Shown piece by piece: positions 1-11,175 of a DNA stretch of 35,351 nucleotides. The stretch's first letter is position 1. Every line of letters begins with the position of its first letter. Both the position numbers and the translations under genes were made by a program. Source of the DNA: Rotaria socialis (Eukaryota); the NCBI GenBank assembly GCA_905331295.1, contig CAJNYD010000333.1, forward strand, positions 186,001 to 221,351, given 5' to 3'. Under the pieces are notes generated by a model, which saw only the letters and a list, made by a program, of their open reading frames with translations, ran no database searches and was not told the origin of the DNA.

Positions 1-17
1 TTTCTAGATATCTTACG

Positions 18-930
18 ATGGCTTCGTCGAGAAAAATCAAGTCGGATATTCTAACAAATGAACCTGAAGAGCTTCGAATAATTCTTCTCGGAAAGACTCG
101 CTCAGGTATGCAACAACTAGTTCGTGCCTGCAGATAAATTAAAATATCGATCACAGACACAACTTACTGTTGATCACCACTTAGTCCTGATTTGATAAGT
201 AACATTTATTTTGTTCTTTATCGCTCCTTGTTTAGGTAAAAGTGCTCTCGGTAACACTTTGATGGGAGATGAAAAAGCGTTCGTCTCGCGCTCTAGTCCA
301 GCGTCAGTTACAAAGAATTGCTTTAAGAAAGAAAGGGAGGTGGATGGGAAAATAATCAGCATCGTAGATACTCCTGGTTTCTTTGATACACAACTATCAC
401 CAGTGCAGGTGAGTGAAGAGATAACGAAATCGCTTGCTAGTACCTTACCAGGTCCGCACGCCTTTTTGATTGTATTACCATGTGGAGTCGGAATGACTGG
501 TGAAGAACAACAAACTTTATTGCAAATTGGTAAAATATTCAAAAACTATTTTAAGTATAGCATCATTGTGTTTACCAAAATTGATTCACTGGATGAGGGG
601 ACCGATATGAAGCAGTATTACGAGGAAAGCAATGAACTGAAAAAACTCATTGACGATTGTGGTGGTCGTTGGTATGCGGTAAACAACAAAGACAAAACTC
701 CTCAAAACAGATTAAAGGTCACGAAGGATTTAATCAGCATGATCGAGAAAATGGTAGAAAAAAATGGCGGCAAACCATACGGTGCCCCAGTCGTTGAAGT
801 AGTTGCCGGTTCCTTTAAAAAAGACACGAACAGTAGATTCAAGATACTGGATGGTGATGGTACCATCAACGTGCCCAAAGACGCATCTGATGCTGTTCTC
901 AATTATATCAAAGCAGAGACAGCTTCATAA
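18..930 (+). CDS. AIG1/GIMAP-family GTPase, 2 exons (18-105, 236-930), 260 aa
   Basis: ATG at 18; GT-AG intron 106-235 splits the P-loop. Splicing gives LRIILLGKTRSGKSALGNTLMG (G1), followed by SVTKNC (G2), IVDTPGFFDT (G3), PGPHAFLIVL (AIG1 conserved box) and IIVFTKID (G4). Stop at 928-930. Confidence 0.92.
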
Positions 931-1140
931 TTTGTGCTATCTATTCCTAATCGATTTTGCCCGAGTAATTTCTACGCTTTATTCCAAAGAATTACTTTTT
1001 TGTATTTTCTTGTTTTGCGGTATTTTTGGTATTTTCGGTTGATGGAATTCGCATATTTTTTGAAGTAAATATAAGTAATTTCAACTTTATATCAAACTTT
1101 TGTAAATGCTTTGTTAACCCTGTTCACTACTATCTTCCCT

Positions 1141-1160
1141 TGGGTGTGGGTGTGGGTGTG
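1141..1160 (+). repeat. Interstitial telomere-like (TGTGGG)n tract
   Basis: tgggtgtgggtgtgggtgtg. Further short copies at 1827-1840, 2169-2185, 4399-4410, 5246-5260 (+) and 2921-2958, 5277-5290, 6725-6735 (-). TGTGGG is the reported Adineta telomeric repeat. Confidence 0.7.
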
Positions 1161-1199
1161 CAGGAAGCTACCACGACGCGTTTCTATCCAGCTCAATGA

Positions 1200-2482
1200 A
1201 TCACATCAGGTGGCTTAATATCTTCAAAATCGATTCAAATTCAAAAAGGAAAAGTTTTGATTTGAAAGCTGGTTTTTCGCGAAAAGTATGTAATGAACGA
1301 TATGTATGCGATTGGATAGGGGATGAATCATTGTGATAATTATTTTGTTTTTGTTACTGGCCGATTGTGTATTGTCTTATAATCACAGGTGACATTGAAT
1401 TTTGTTTTGTTGTTTATGGTTGAAATGTCATCGAGGCTTTAACTTGACCAAGACTTGTTTGACGTAGTACCTATGACTATCAGTTGCAGTATTGTGTCGT
1501 GGATAAGTTGTTGAGTTAATCTGTTTTTGTAAGCTGCATTTGAGTGTTTGAATATATGTGGAGTAGATGTTGTGTTTATCTATCGAGAATGGAAATCTAT
1601 AGAATGAGTCGATATTTAGCGAAACAGTGTAATAGAAGTTGACAAAAAAGCAAGGATAAGCATACGGGAAAAAACGGGATAAAAATAATAGTTTCTATTC
1701 AATGTGACAAAAGAAATGAGTTGACTATTGCATGTGATTAGAGTGTGGATTAGAAAATTATCATGGGATGACGAAATGTCTATGTTGATGAAGAGATTTT
1801 GAAGAAATCAATTGCGCAATACAGAAGGGTGTGGGTGTGGACATTCTTTTGTAGCTTCATAGAATATTATATATATATATATATATATATGTTTAACGTT
1901 GATGCGTGAAGCAATATAGTGTACATCAACGTCAATCACATTCGGATGACTAATGATCAGTGAAAAATAATGCTTCTCGTATCGTTTTCTAAAGACTTTT
2001 GGAACATGATGTATGTTCATTCCCAAATGATCTTTGAATGAAATGTCTAGTGTGGAGATTGGCCATAACGAAGCATCTTTTTACAAAAAGAAAATAAATA
2101 TTGTTTCAATAGATTTCATATCTTATCGTCCTTAATTTGATTAATTAGCTTGTAAATATTTTCTGTCTTGAGGGTGTGGGTGTGGATAGAACACTCATCT
2201 TATCCAGCCATGTTGAACGTTTGAAAATCAGGTCCGCCTAACAATCGATTCCTTCCAGTTTCCGGAACTCGATTGATATCGGATTATATTCAATGTTTTG
2301 TTGAAGAATGGAGTATCCAGAATTGGTTTCTCAATATTCGACATCACGGAATAAAATTTGGCTCCATCACAAAAGTATTTGCATACACGACGAATACAAT
2401 GAAAGATGATGTAGCTATGGCAATGATCAAATACACGATAGAATAGTTTGTGAGGTGCTTCGAAAATAATTATATTTGCCAT
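1200..2482 (-). pseudogene. Probable decayed F-box protein gene
   Basis: From ATG 2482: MANIIIFEAPHKLFYRVFDHCHSYIIFHCIRRVCKYF resembles the F-box pattern LP.EL.YRIFD.L....I....R.VCK.F. Downstream frames are broken by stops. The 3' extent is a guess. Confidence 0.4.
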
Positions 2483-3251
2483 CGAAATATGTTGACGTAG
2501 TTCTGGGGAAAATGGGACTTTTCCCACGATATACATATATGTACAAACAAAGTGCATGTGTACGTCAATCAGGAAAAAAAGAAGAAAACACAGACAACAC
2601 GAGTGAGGCAATATTTGTAAGTAAAGTCATTCAAGTATTTGAAACTAAAGGTAAGATATGATATGTAAAAGAGAATCGATAAAGATGCATAGAAACTAGA
2701 TGATAGTTGAAGTGTGGCTCAGAGAATGCAAGTCTCCATCGCTTATTTCTCCATTTAATCGTGCGATTATTCTATAATACACGTTATATTTTTATCTAAC
2801 TATGTCGTTCATCGACAGATGTTTTGTCTACCCAATATTCAGTTGACAACAATGCTCTGTTAACCTACTCAAATAAAATGCGGATATTTCAGTATGAATA
2901 TGAGCATAACTATTCTCTTAACTCACACCCTCATCCTTACCCCACACCCATCCTCACCTATCAGAAAACAGCTAGTGAGTGTTACTTTGATACTGGAGTT
3001 CTTTCAAAACTGTGATAAATGACAAAATATCGCATTTCGGTTATCAGTTAGTAAGCACAACACCATCTTTCTTTTTCTTATTACATTAAATTTACTTGAG
3101 AATATAAAATGATCTAAATCAAGTTTCTTCATAAATGCAGGAAACGTTTTTCGTTGCGACTTTTTCTTTTATAAATGAATCAATTTGTTCTCAAGCTCAC
3201 TGTTCTATGTAAAATATAGAATTTTTCTTCTTGCAATCAATCTGCTTAGTA

Positions 3252-4211
3252 ATGTTGAGTTTCAGATCAATGACTACTTCTTTACCATGTTTACTACTAT
3301 ACTTTTACGTCATCTTCAATGTTATCAATCCCATACAAACAATTCCAAAGGGCTATTTAATAGCAGCATCGTATGATCCTGCATCATCATCCAACTCATT
3401 ATTCAAAATTGATCCATTAAGCGGAAAATTTGCAGTTTTCACACCTTTAACGAATTACAAAGCATATGATGTTACTTATGATTTTATTCACAAAATTTTC
3501 TATGTTTTTGGTAGTGAAGCAACATTAGCAAAAGAAGCAGCAATGTCTGTGGCCATAGTTAATCCATTCAATGGCACAACAAAATATCGAACAATTACGA
3601 CAGAACCGTATGCCGAACTATTTGGTTTACGTGTTGATAGTAGTACAGGAAAATTATATTCAGTACAAATGAGTGACGCATTCGAAAATCCGATAAGCAT
3701 TGTTCAGATAGATCCAAGTAATTTTATAGCAAAACAATGGGTAAATATAACCAAAGCCAGTGGTGTACAACCTGATTCCATGGCAATCTTTTTTAATTCA
3801 ACTGATCATCAATATTTTGTAACAGTGCCCTATGATTCCGATTACCTTGTTGGCATTGATGTCACAAAACGAAAAATAATCAGTAAAATAACTGATTTAA
3901 ATTTACCAGCTTATTTATGTTATGATAATAAAACGAATGCTTTTTATGGTATGGAGATTTTCCAGACCGAACGTGGCTGTCGTTTAGTACGCTTAAATCC
4001 ATATAATGGTACGATGGATATTTTATCCAAAGATTTTAAAGATTATATGCCATCTACTGGTACTTGTCATGAAGGATATTATTTTACAATGATTGTCAAG
4101 AGTCTAGACAAACAAAACATTATCACATTTGATTTAAGCAATAATTCAACAATAATTGCAAATAAGCCAGCACAAGAATATTTAGATTCATTTGCATTTG
4201 TTCCACTCTAG
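3252..4211 (+). CDS. Intronless predicted secreted beta-propeller-like protein (~319 aa; alternative start 3270)
   Basis: Single long ORF with hydrophobic N-terminus (SLPCLLLYFYVIFNVI). Blade-like repeats: LFKIDPLSGK, VAIVNPFNGT, LRVDSSTGKLY, IVQIDPSNF, LCYDNKTNAFY, LVRLNPYNGT. Several N-x-S/T sequons. aataaa at ~4249 after the stop. Confidence 0.8.
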   Translation: MLSFRSMTTSLPCLLLYFYVIFNVINPIQTIPKGYLIAASYDPASSSNSLFKIDPLSGKFAVFTPLTNYKAYDVTYDFIHKIFYVFGSEATLAKEAAMSVAIVNPFNGTTKYRTITTEPYAELFGLRVDSSTGKLYSVQMSDAFENPISIVQIDPSNFIAKQWVNITKASGVQPDSMAIFFNSTDHQYFVTVPYDSDYLVGIDVTKRKIISKITDLNLPAYLCYDNKTNAFYGMEIFQTERGCRLVRLNPYNGTMDILSKDFKDYMPSTGTCHEGYYFTMIVKSLDKQNIITFDLSNNSTIIANKPAQEYLDSFAFVPL

Positions 4212-7200
4212 TTACAAGATATTTTTGTGCTGCTCTGTTTTTCACTATAATAAAAATTCGATTATATTTCTATATGGATGTTTATTATGAAGAGAATTTA
4301 AGGATACACTGATGTTAGATTATTGTTCGGTGGTATCTAATTGGGAGTAGCTATTGGATTTTATTGCTTCCATAAGAGACGTTTTTCAGTTTTTTGATGG
4401 TGTGGGTGTGAACGCGAGGAAAGGCAGACACGGGGATCTACACACACACACACACGCGCGCAAGTCAATTTATACATTTTATAATTTATAAAAGCTAAAT
4501 CTTTTTCTGGCGGTGACATGAAAACATGAAAGTGTTTTATTTTTCATTTATATTCAAAGTCGAATTAGGCAGGTACTCAGCGTAATATGATCAACTCTTA
4601 TCCGTAGAATAATATGGCCACTGCCGTATTATAATCAACACTTCTTCTGAAAGCGTAGAATTATCTACCCTTAGCCGCGTACTAAGAAACGCTTTCTTTA
4701 AACCGAATAATAATTTAAGCTTGATCGTTGAATAAGAAATATATCTGAAAAATGCGTATATTAATCTACACATAACCATTTAAAAATAAACCCCTAGGCT
4801 CAAAGTATGAAATACAAAAACCCTTATACTTAAAATCCTTTGCGTCAGGGACCCTTCAAGAGTATATGAAAATGAAAATCAAGGGCAAAGGTTGACTATT
4901 CTGCGTTTTTCTTTTACAGTATAATAGTCACTCTGTATTGATTTATTATTGTAAAAAATCTTCTCTTGTGATTTTCTGCAGTTGTCACAAAGCTTTTCGA
5001 ATAAAAATAATAATCATTTTTAGAACATGTCCAATATTTTGAAGTTCTCAATGAAACAACAACGGTACTACCCATATACTAGATAGCGTAAAATATAAGT
5101 TTGAGTCTATACTACAAGTTTTACTTTATTCTTCAAGATGATTGAACTTCAAAAAGGGTCAATTTTTCTCATGAGTCATTCGTTTTGACATAATGAACCG
5201 GTACATTGCGTTTAAAGAATAATTATACTTTTGACATTGCTATCTTGTGGGTGTGGGTGTTTACTAAGAGACAATAACACCCACACCCTCGAATATTACA
5301 TAGTTTTTCAGAAAACGTTTTTTTAATTTTAGGCACACTAAGTACGGATTATGAAAAATATATAAGAAGGCTTCGAGTACATTTGAAAGACTTCAGCTTA
5401 TATGTAAAATTTAGCAATGTAAATTATACTGTATAAATAAATAAGTTTCGTTTCACTCTTTTCCTAGTTGTAACTGTTATGATTATATCCTTCTTTTACA
5501 AACCTAATAGCTATTTATTGCAGTCCATGTAGCTTCAGTCGCAAGACCAGTATCATCATATACTGTGCCGAAATCATAGTAATGGCTTTCTTCTACAAAT
5601 ATCATTTAATACTGATATAATGGATAACAACTGATATTTAACTACAGAATATGAAATTAATCAAGGTATAATGATTTTTCGTTCATTTCATTTGTGAGAT
5701 CGGTGTGCACATCATAATTAATAGTTGAAAGTCGTTTTAAGGGAAATTTTTGATATATTTTAGGATATTTTAATGACATAAACTGCTAGTATTCTTTGTT
5801 CTCTTATTCAATAGCAAGCTAATCTTTTTTTTTCTTCTCGTACTAGATCTCCCTTTTAGTAAACCGCTGTTCTTCGGATCGACAATAGCTCTAGCAAAAC
5901 AAATTGTTTTTCCAGATCATCATGTTAATGCGTAGATCACATCCTACTCTCAGTTACAGTTTCAGGGAAGGTAGCAAGCATTGTTCAGATACATTAGACC
6001 GATCATCAGATCTGTACATCTCTTCTAAAGCTGGCCATCATGTTCTTTGAAAAAGAATACAAGAGAACCTTGAATCTCCAAAGAACTGTACATGGGATGA
6101 TCAGAAGAAAAGTTGTAATGACTTACTGGTATCACCAGTAAGTCTTATCAGCTGACTCTCCAAAAGTTTCATCACAACAATGTCTACCACATATTGACAA
6201 ATAAGATGCTTAATAGCAAGAACGAGAAGCTATCATGCTAAATTATTTCAACTGTTTTTTGAAATTTCATCCAATACGTCTATCACGAATAAATTTCGAG
6301 CCGTGGAAGGTCAAGATCCTTCTTTTTATTATTTCGAAGAAGTCCTTATGAAATTACTCTCTTTATTCAAATAGCTGATGTCCAATCAAAAATTTAAATC
6401 TTATTATTATAAATGAAATCTTTTTACTAATAGAAAATAATGCATTTGAAGCACGCTCGTGTGAAACAAAAAGACAAAGCTTCGATCGGTACTCACTTGC
6501 GTACGGTTTATCGCTCTATTTAATATATGTCGCATAAGATTTGATGCATTAATTGATCGATTTCGACGACTTTATTCTATTTTGACTCACTCTTCTACAT
6601 TACGCAACTCACGAGTAAGGTTAACACATCAATTTCTGAAATTTCATCACAAATTATTGTTTTTATTTCAAATAACTACCATGACTACATACATCATGGT
6701 GTGTGTGATGTCGCTTGTTAAAAGCACACCCACACTCTCACATCATTGTGAAGACGATGAGGTGGAAGAAAGATGCCTGATGATGTTATTTCGCTTTATT
6801 CGAAATTTTCTATCATCAATCGTATCAAATACATTTCAAAACATACACTTTTGTAATTACTATTCTTACATATAATATTAAGTGTAAAGTATAAAGCAAA
6901 GGCAAAAGGATAAGAATGATAGGTAATATGAGCAATAATGAGAAAATTAACTGCATGCATACAATGCATTCAAACAGTAGCGTTACAATCACTTCAGTAG
7001 GCATATTAATCAATGCAGAAGGCTTTATAAAAATTCTGTTCTATTAATGATAGTATATGTCGTAAAATAAACAAAAACTTTTGAAGCACTACGTGGTTCT
7101 TATGAGTACTGGTGTTCATAACAGAGACAGAAATCGAATCGAACAAAGCCGACTCGATTCAGTCGCTGATTCAAATCACTCTCAAGGTCTATTTATTTAA

Positions 7201-7388
7201 GACGGATATTCAAGGATAACCGTTCCGCTTGAATATAAGTGCCTATCATAAATTTAAATCAATTTTTTTAAAGGAGATAATTTCTAGAATTGATAATTCT
7301 TAAAAATGATATTCATGAAATCACTCAACAAGATATTGCTGCTATTTAAATGTAGATAATGCATCAAAAGACCATGAACTATTCGTTG

Positions 7389-7562
7389 TTATCCACGAGT
7401 TTGTTGAAGATCATACAATTCACAACTGCTTAGTGCACTAGTATCAGTTCCGCCAGTGACTAACACCTGTCTATTTTTTAATACCACAGCTGCATATTCT
7501 TGTCGTACATTATTCATGTTATTCAATGTTGTCCATATTCCTGTTGATGGATCATACAGCTC
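7389..7562 (-). pseudogene. 3' fragment of a Kelch-repeat (galactose-oxidase type) gene, 5'-truncated
   Basis: ELYDPSTGIWTTLNNMNNVRQEYAAVVLKNRQVLVTGGTDTSALSSCELYD is one canonical Kelch repeat. Similarity stops abruptly at ~7562, where unrelated repeat-like DNA begins; no further Kelch repeats are seen upstream. Confidence 0.7.
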
Positions 7563-8100
7563 ACGAGGTAAGATACCCAACTGTCCAATCGCTTTTTCCT
7601 GGAAAATTAGTGGGTTGTAGGTAATTCAGCATGCCGATTCCGAATATCATAATCATTTGGGCCGCTAGCCATTTATTATCCTAATCTTGGGAAAAGCCTG
7701 CTTTCTAGCGAAAAACATTTTTGGTGAGATATCCCATGCTGAATTTAAACTAAGATTGTTTTTCACCAAATCGCACAAACCAAGGGGAAAAGTGCAGGTT
7801 TGGAACCCCCAGTACCTCAGCACCTTTTCTATAGTAAAATTTACTTCAATCGTATGGAAATGAATAGGGAAAACTATTTTCATTTTCAATAGTAGAGGTC
7901 AATTTTTTCTTGAATTATTCACAGAATCTGAATGAGAATTATTTCAGAATAAAAAAGAAAGTAACCGTATATCAAATTTCAAAATGATATACCAAAAAGT
8001 TTGATCCTTCTTTTCTTAGTGTGAGAACTAACAATGAGGTCTGATTATTTTTTAGAAGTTTATTTTTCATTTTATCACCATTGTATTTGTACAGATTCTG
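7562..8100. mobile_element. Probable non-autonomous DNA transposon segment abutting the Kelch fragment
   Basis: Sharp junction in mid-Kelch repeat (cacgaggtaagatacccaac...); non-coding. The matching terminus and TSD were not found, so the right boundary is uncertain. Confidence 0.35.
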
Positions 8101-8112
8101 CTTTCTCTCATA

Positions 8113-8398
8113 CCCAGGTCGAACATACACGGTCGTATACGACGGTAAATCGCCGTATTTGGCCGTATTACATGGCTCCGTATTACGATCGTAAATCTCC
8201 GTGCCGTATACGGCGAAATACGGCGCTTTACGGTCGTTTTTGATCGTATTTCGCCGTATTACGACACGGAGATTTACGATCGTAATACGGAGCCATGTAA
8301 TACGGCCAAATACGGCGATTTACCGTCGCATACGGCAGAAAACGGCCGTATACGGCCCGTATTTCACCGTATACGGACGTCGTAAAGCTCGTCCTGGG
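8113..8398. mobile_element. Palindromic MITE-like element
   Basis: Termini cccaggtcga...tcgtcctggg. Perfect 64-bp internal inverted repeat 8140-8203 / 8265-8328, extending imperfectly inward. Built from ccgtat/atacgg motifs and GC-richer than the flanks. Confidence 0.8.
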
Positions 8399-8599
8399 GC
8401 AGGTATCAAAAAAACATTGTACGAAATACAATACTCCTTGGTAAAAATACCTGCACATAATTTTATTAGCTTGAAAATTATCATTGAATTTGGATTCTTT
8501 TCTACAATTTTAGGGTGTATTTCATGAAAACTCAATTTTTAACATCTGAAGCCATCCTCAAGGGTAGAAAAACCTTTTTTGTTTTGGTTTAGATATAGA

Positions 8600-9912
8600 T
8601 AGTTATGTTTTCATAAAGGTAAGCTTTCTGATTACAATTATTGTCTCAGGTTTGAAATTCATCGAATAATAAGAAAGATATAAAACACTCTCTCGGAGCC
8701 TTAAAAAACAATTACTGACCTAAAGGTTCATGAATACGATTTATACTGTTTGAAAATAGGCCCATTTGATGTGGAATTTTTTTTTATATCAGAAAATTTT
8801 GAAAAACGACTTAGATATTCAAACTTTTTTCTCTCGATAAATTCCAAAAACCACCCCGATCGGGTCATATAGTTACAAATATTGCTTTTCTCAGTCTTAT
8901 AACGTGTAGTTTTTCGAGGCTTACCAGTAACATTTTCCTACCGTATACGTACTTAAATGTGCTCTTTCTAATGAAAGAATTTTCAACTTAAAACTCGATG
9001 TAATGTAAAGTGTTTTCGCTCCAATATTAGTGTTGTAATTGAATTTCTGTCATTGCTTGGCTGATACTTGACAGTTTCAAACAGAATAATTCCTATGTGA
9101 CTAAATATCAATATTATATTTGTTTTAAGCATAAAATCTCAGTGGATCTAATTATTTCTACAATTTTTGTTTTTGGTCAGATTTTTACATCTGGTCCCGT
9201 TCATGATCATATGAAAACAAAACATTTTATTCAAAACAACTATTCGATTCATTATTAATTGATTTACTTTATCTCAAACATCATTCCCAAAGTTTGGAAA
9301 CTTTTAGCATTGTGTACATGGCTTTTGGAGTAAGTTGTTTTTTTCGTTATGCATGACCGAGACCAGGGGTGAAAATCTGACTGAAAACAAAAGTGGTAGA
9401 AATAATTAAACCGAATTAGATTTTGTGCTTAAAACAAATATAATATTTATACTCAGTCAAATGAGAATTAATCTGTTTGAAACTATCGAATATCGGTCAC
9501 AAATTACAGAAATCCGGTTCCAAGAGTAGTATTGGAGCGAAAACGTTTCACATTACAAAACGAGTTTTAATTTGAAAACAGTTTTATTAGAAAAAGCACA
9601 TTTAATTACGTATTCGGTAAGAAAATCTTTCTGGTAAATCTCGAAAAACGACACTCAACAAAAATTGAGAATAGTATTATTTCTAACTGCATAACGCAAT
9701 CGGGGTGGTATTAAGCATTTATCGATAAAAAAATTTGGATATCTAAGTCGTTCTTATATTCGCGGATAGATACGAATATTCATGGACCTTTGGGCCAATA
9801 GCTGCTTTTAAGTCTTTCCGAGAGTGCTCCAGATCTTTCTTAGTATCCAATGAGTTTTAAAATCCAAGATGATATTTGTGATCAGGAAACTTAACTTTAT
9901 CGAAATATAACT
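8600..9912. mobile_element. Old foldback element: ~0.6-kb diverged inverted arms around a short spacer
   Basis: Reverse-complement anchor pairs all centre on ~9279: 8805-8818/9739-9752, 8850-8860/9699-9709, 9012-9029/9527-9544, 9114-9139/9418-9443. Confidence 0.8.
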
Positions 9913-10051
9913 ACTTGCATTAAAAATTGAGGCAGGTTTTCATTGAAGTCAGGTTCCAAATTTGGCACACATCTTTTTTGTTCGTGCAATTAGTGTATTC
10001 ACCAAGATTGAGGGAAAACAATTAGTTTAACGGAAAATTTTGTCGCCCTGT

Positions 10052-10452
10052 TGTAACGAACAACTTGATTAGAGTAGCTTGTGCCACTCTCGGCAAAGAT
10101 GTTTATTAGACTACTTCAAGTTATCCAGAGTGTAACGACAAAACTAGAGACTGTCGCCTATGCCCGTCGGCATGATGGTGTATTGTGTCATCTGACATCT
10201 CCAGAGTGTAACAACTTCATACATAACACACGTATATATAGGAGAGAGATAGAAGAGAGGCAGGAGAGAGATATATTAGAACAATGGAAAGAGAACAGAA
10301 AGAGAAGGAAGGAGAATCATCGAAGCGTGCCATCAATATCGGCACACCTGTCGTATACCATTCCTTTATTTTACTGTTTCTTTTTCACAACTACTAACAC
10401 CTTTAGCATCTTTCAGCACCTTCGGCAGTTTGTAGTAAAATTTTCGGCTACA
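10052..10452. mobile_element. Solo-LTR-like sequence (~400 bp)
   Basis: Begins tgtaacgaa and ends ttcggctaca (TG...CA with an imperfect terminal IR). TATA-like tatatatag at ~10233 is followed by a purine-rich tract; tccagagtgtaac occurs twice internally. No TSD or PBS recognised. Confidence 0.45.
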
Positions 10453-11175
10453 TGAATGGGTTTCAAATTCGGAATCTGGCCGTCGATAACCTACATCAAA
10501 GTTCGATCAAAACGGCCAAAAGTCTAAAAATAAGCTAATCTCTCATATATGTTTTTTTTTGACCCCAATCAAGCAAGTAAACAGCACATTTTATTTCATA
10601 TGACACTCCCTTCAGTCAAGGGAATATACCTAGATATTGCATTCGAAAAACAAATCTACGAACAATACAACACATATTTACCTTAGTTTAATTACATTTG
10701 GAAAATTTCGTCAAAGTCGCTAATAATTTTTCTCCTTCATTGATAAACTATTGCACGTGTTGTAAACTTCTCTAAGTATTGATCTACGTTTGAATCAATA
10801 TTTTTGTTATGTGTCGGCAAAATGACGTATTAGTATTGAAATATCTCTAATGCTCACATCATACAACTATTTAAAAACCAAAAGCTTTAGTTAATATATA
10901 GATCTGACTTTATTCATTTCTATTTTTCATTCGTGAAATTTCCAACGAACTTAATTTCACATTCATCCTAATCAAAAGTCAGTCAATAAATGATTATATA
11001 CATATAACCTTATATATATATATTTTTTGTTTCATTTTTCTTTATAAACAAGACGACAGAACTACAACATAAACATGAAAAAAAAATCAAAGTCTGTCTA
11101 CTTTTAGGAAGTAAATAGCACAGAAATATATAGTTCAATGTACAAACACAAATATAGACGAAAACAAGAGCTTAT

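Noticed and set aside
5800..6400. Minus-strand scraps such as VIDVLDEI and GKTICFARAIVD suggesting a P-loop NTPase relic
   Set aside because: Many stops and the motifs are in the wrong order; a family cannot be supported.
8034..8535. Overlapping ORFs on both strands sharing TVNRRIWPYYMAPYYDRKSPCR
   Set aside because: Artefact of the palindromic element; the same peptide arises from both arms.
10081..10455. 124-aa ORF
   Set aside because: GTG start, low-complexity purine tract, and it coincides with the LTR-like unit; no domain recognised.
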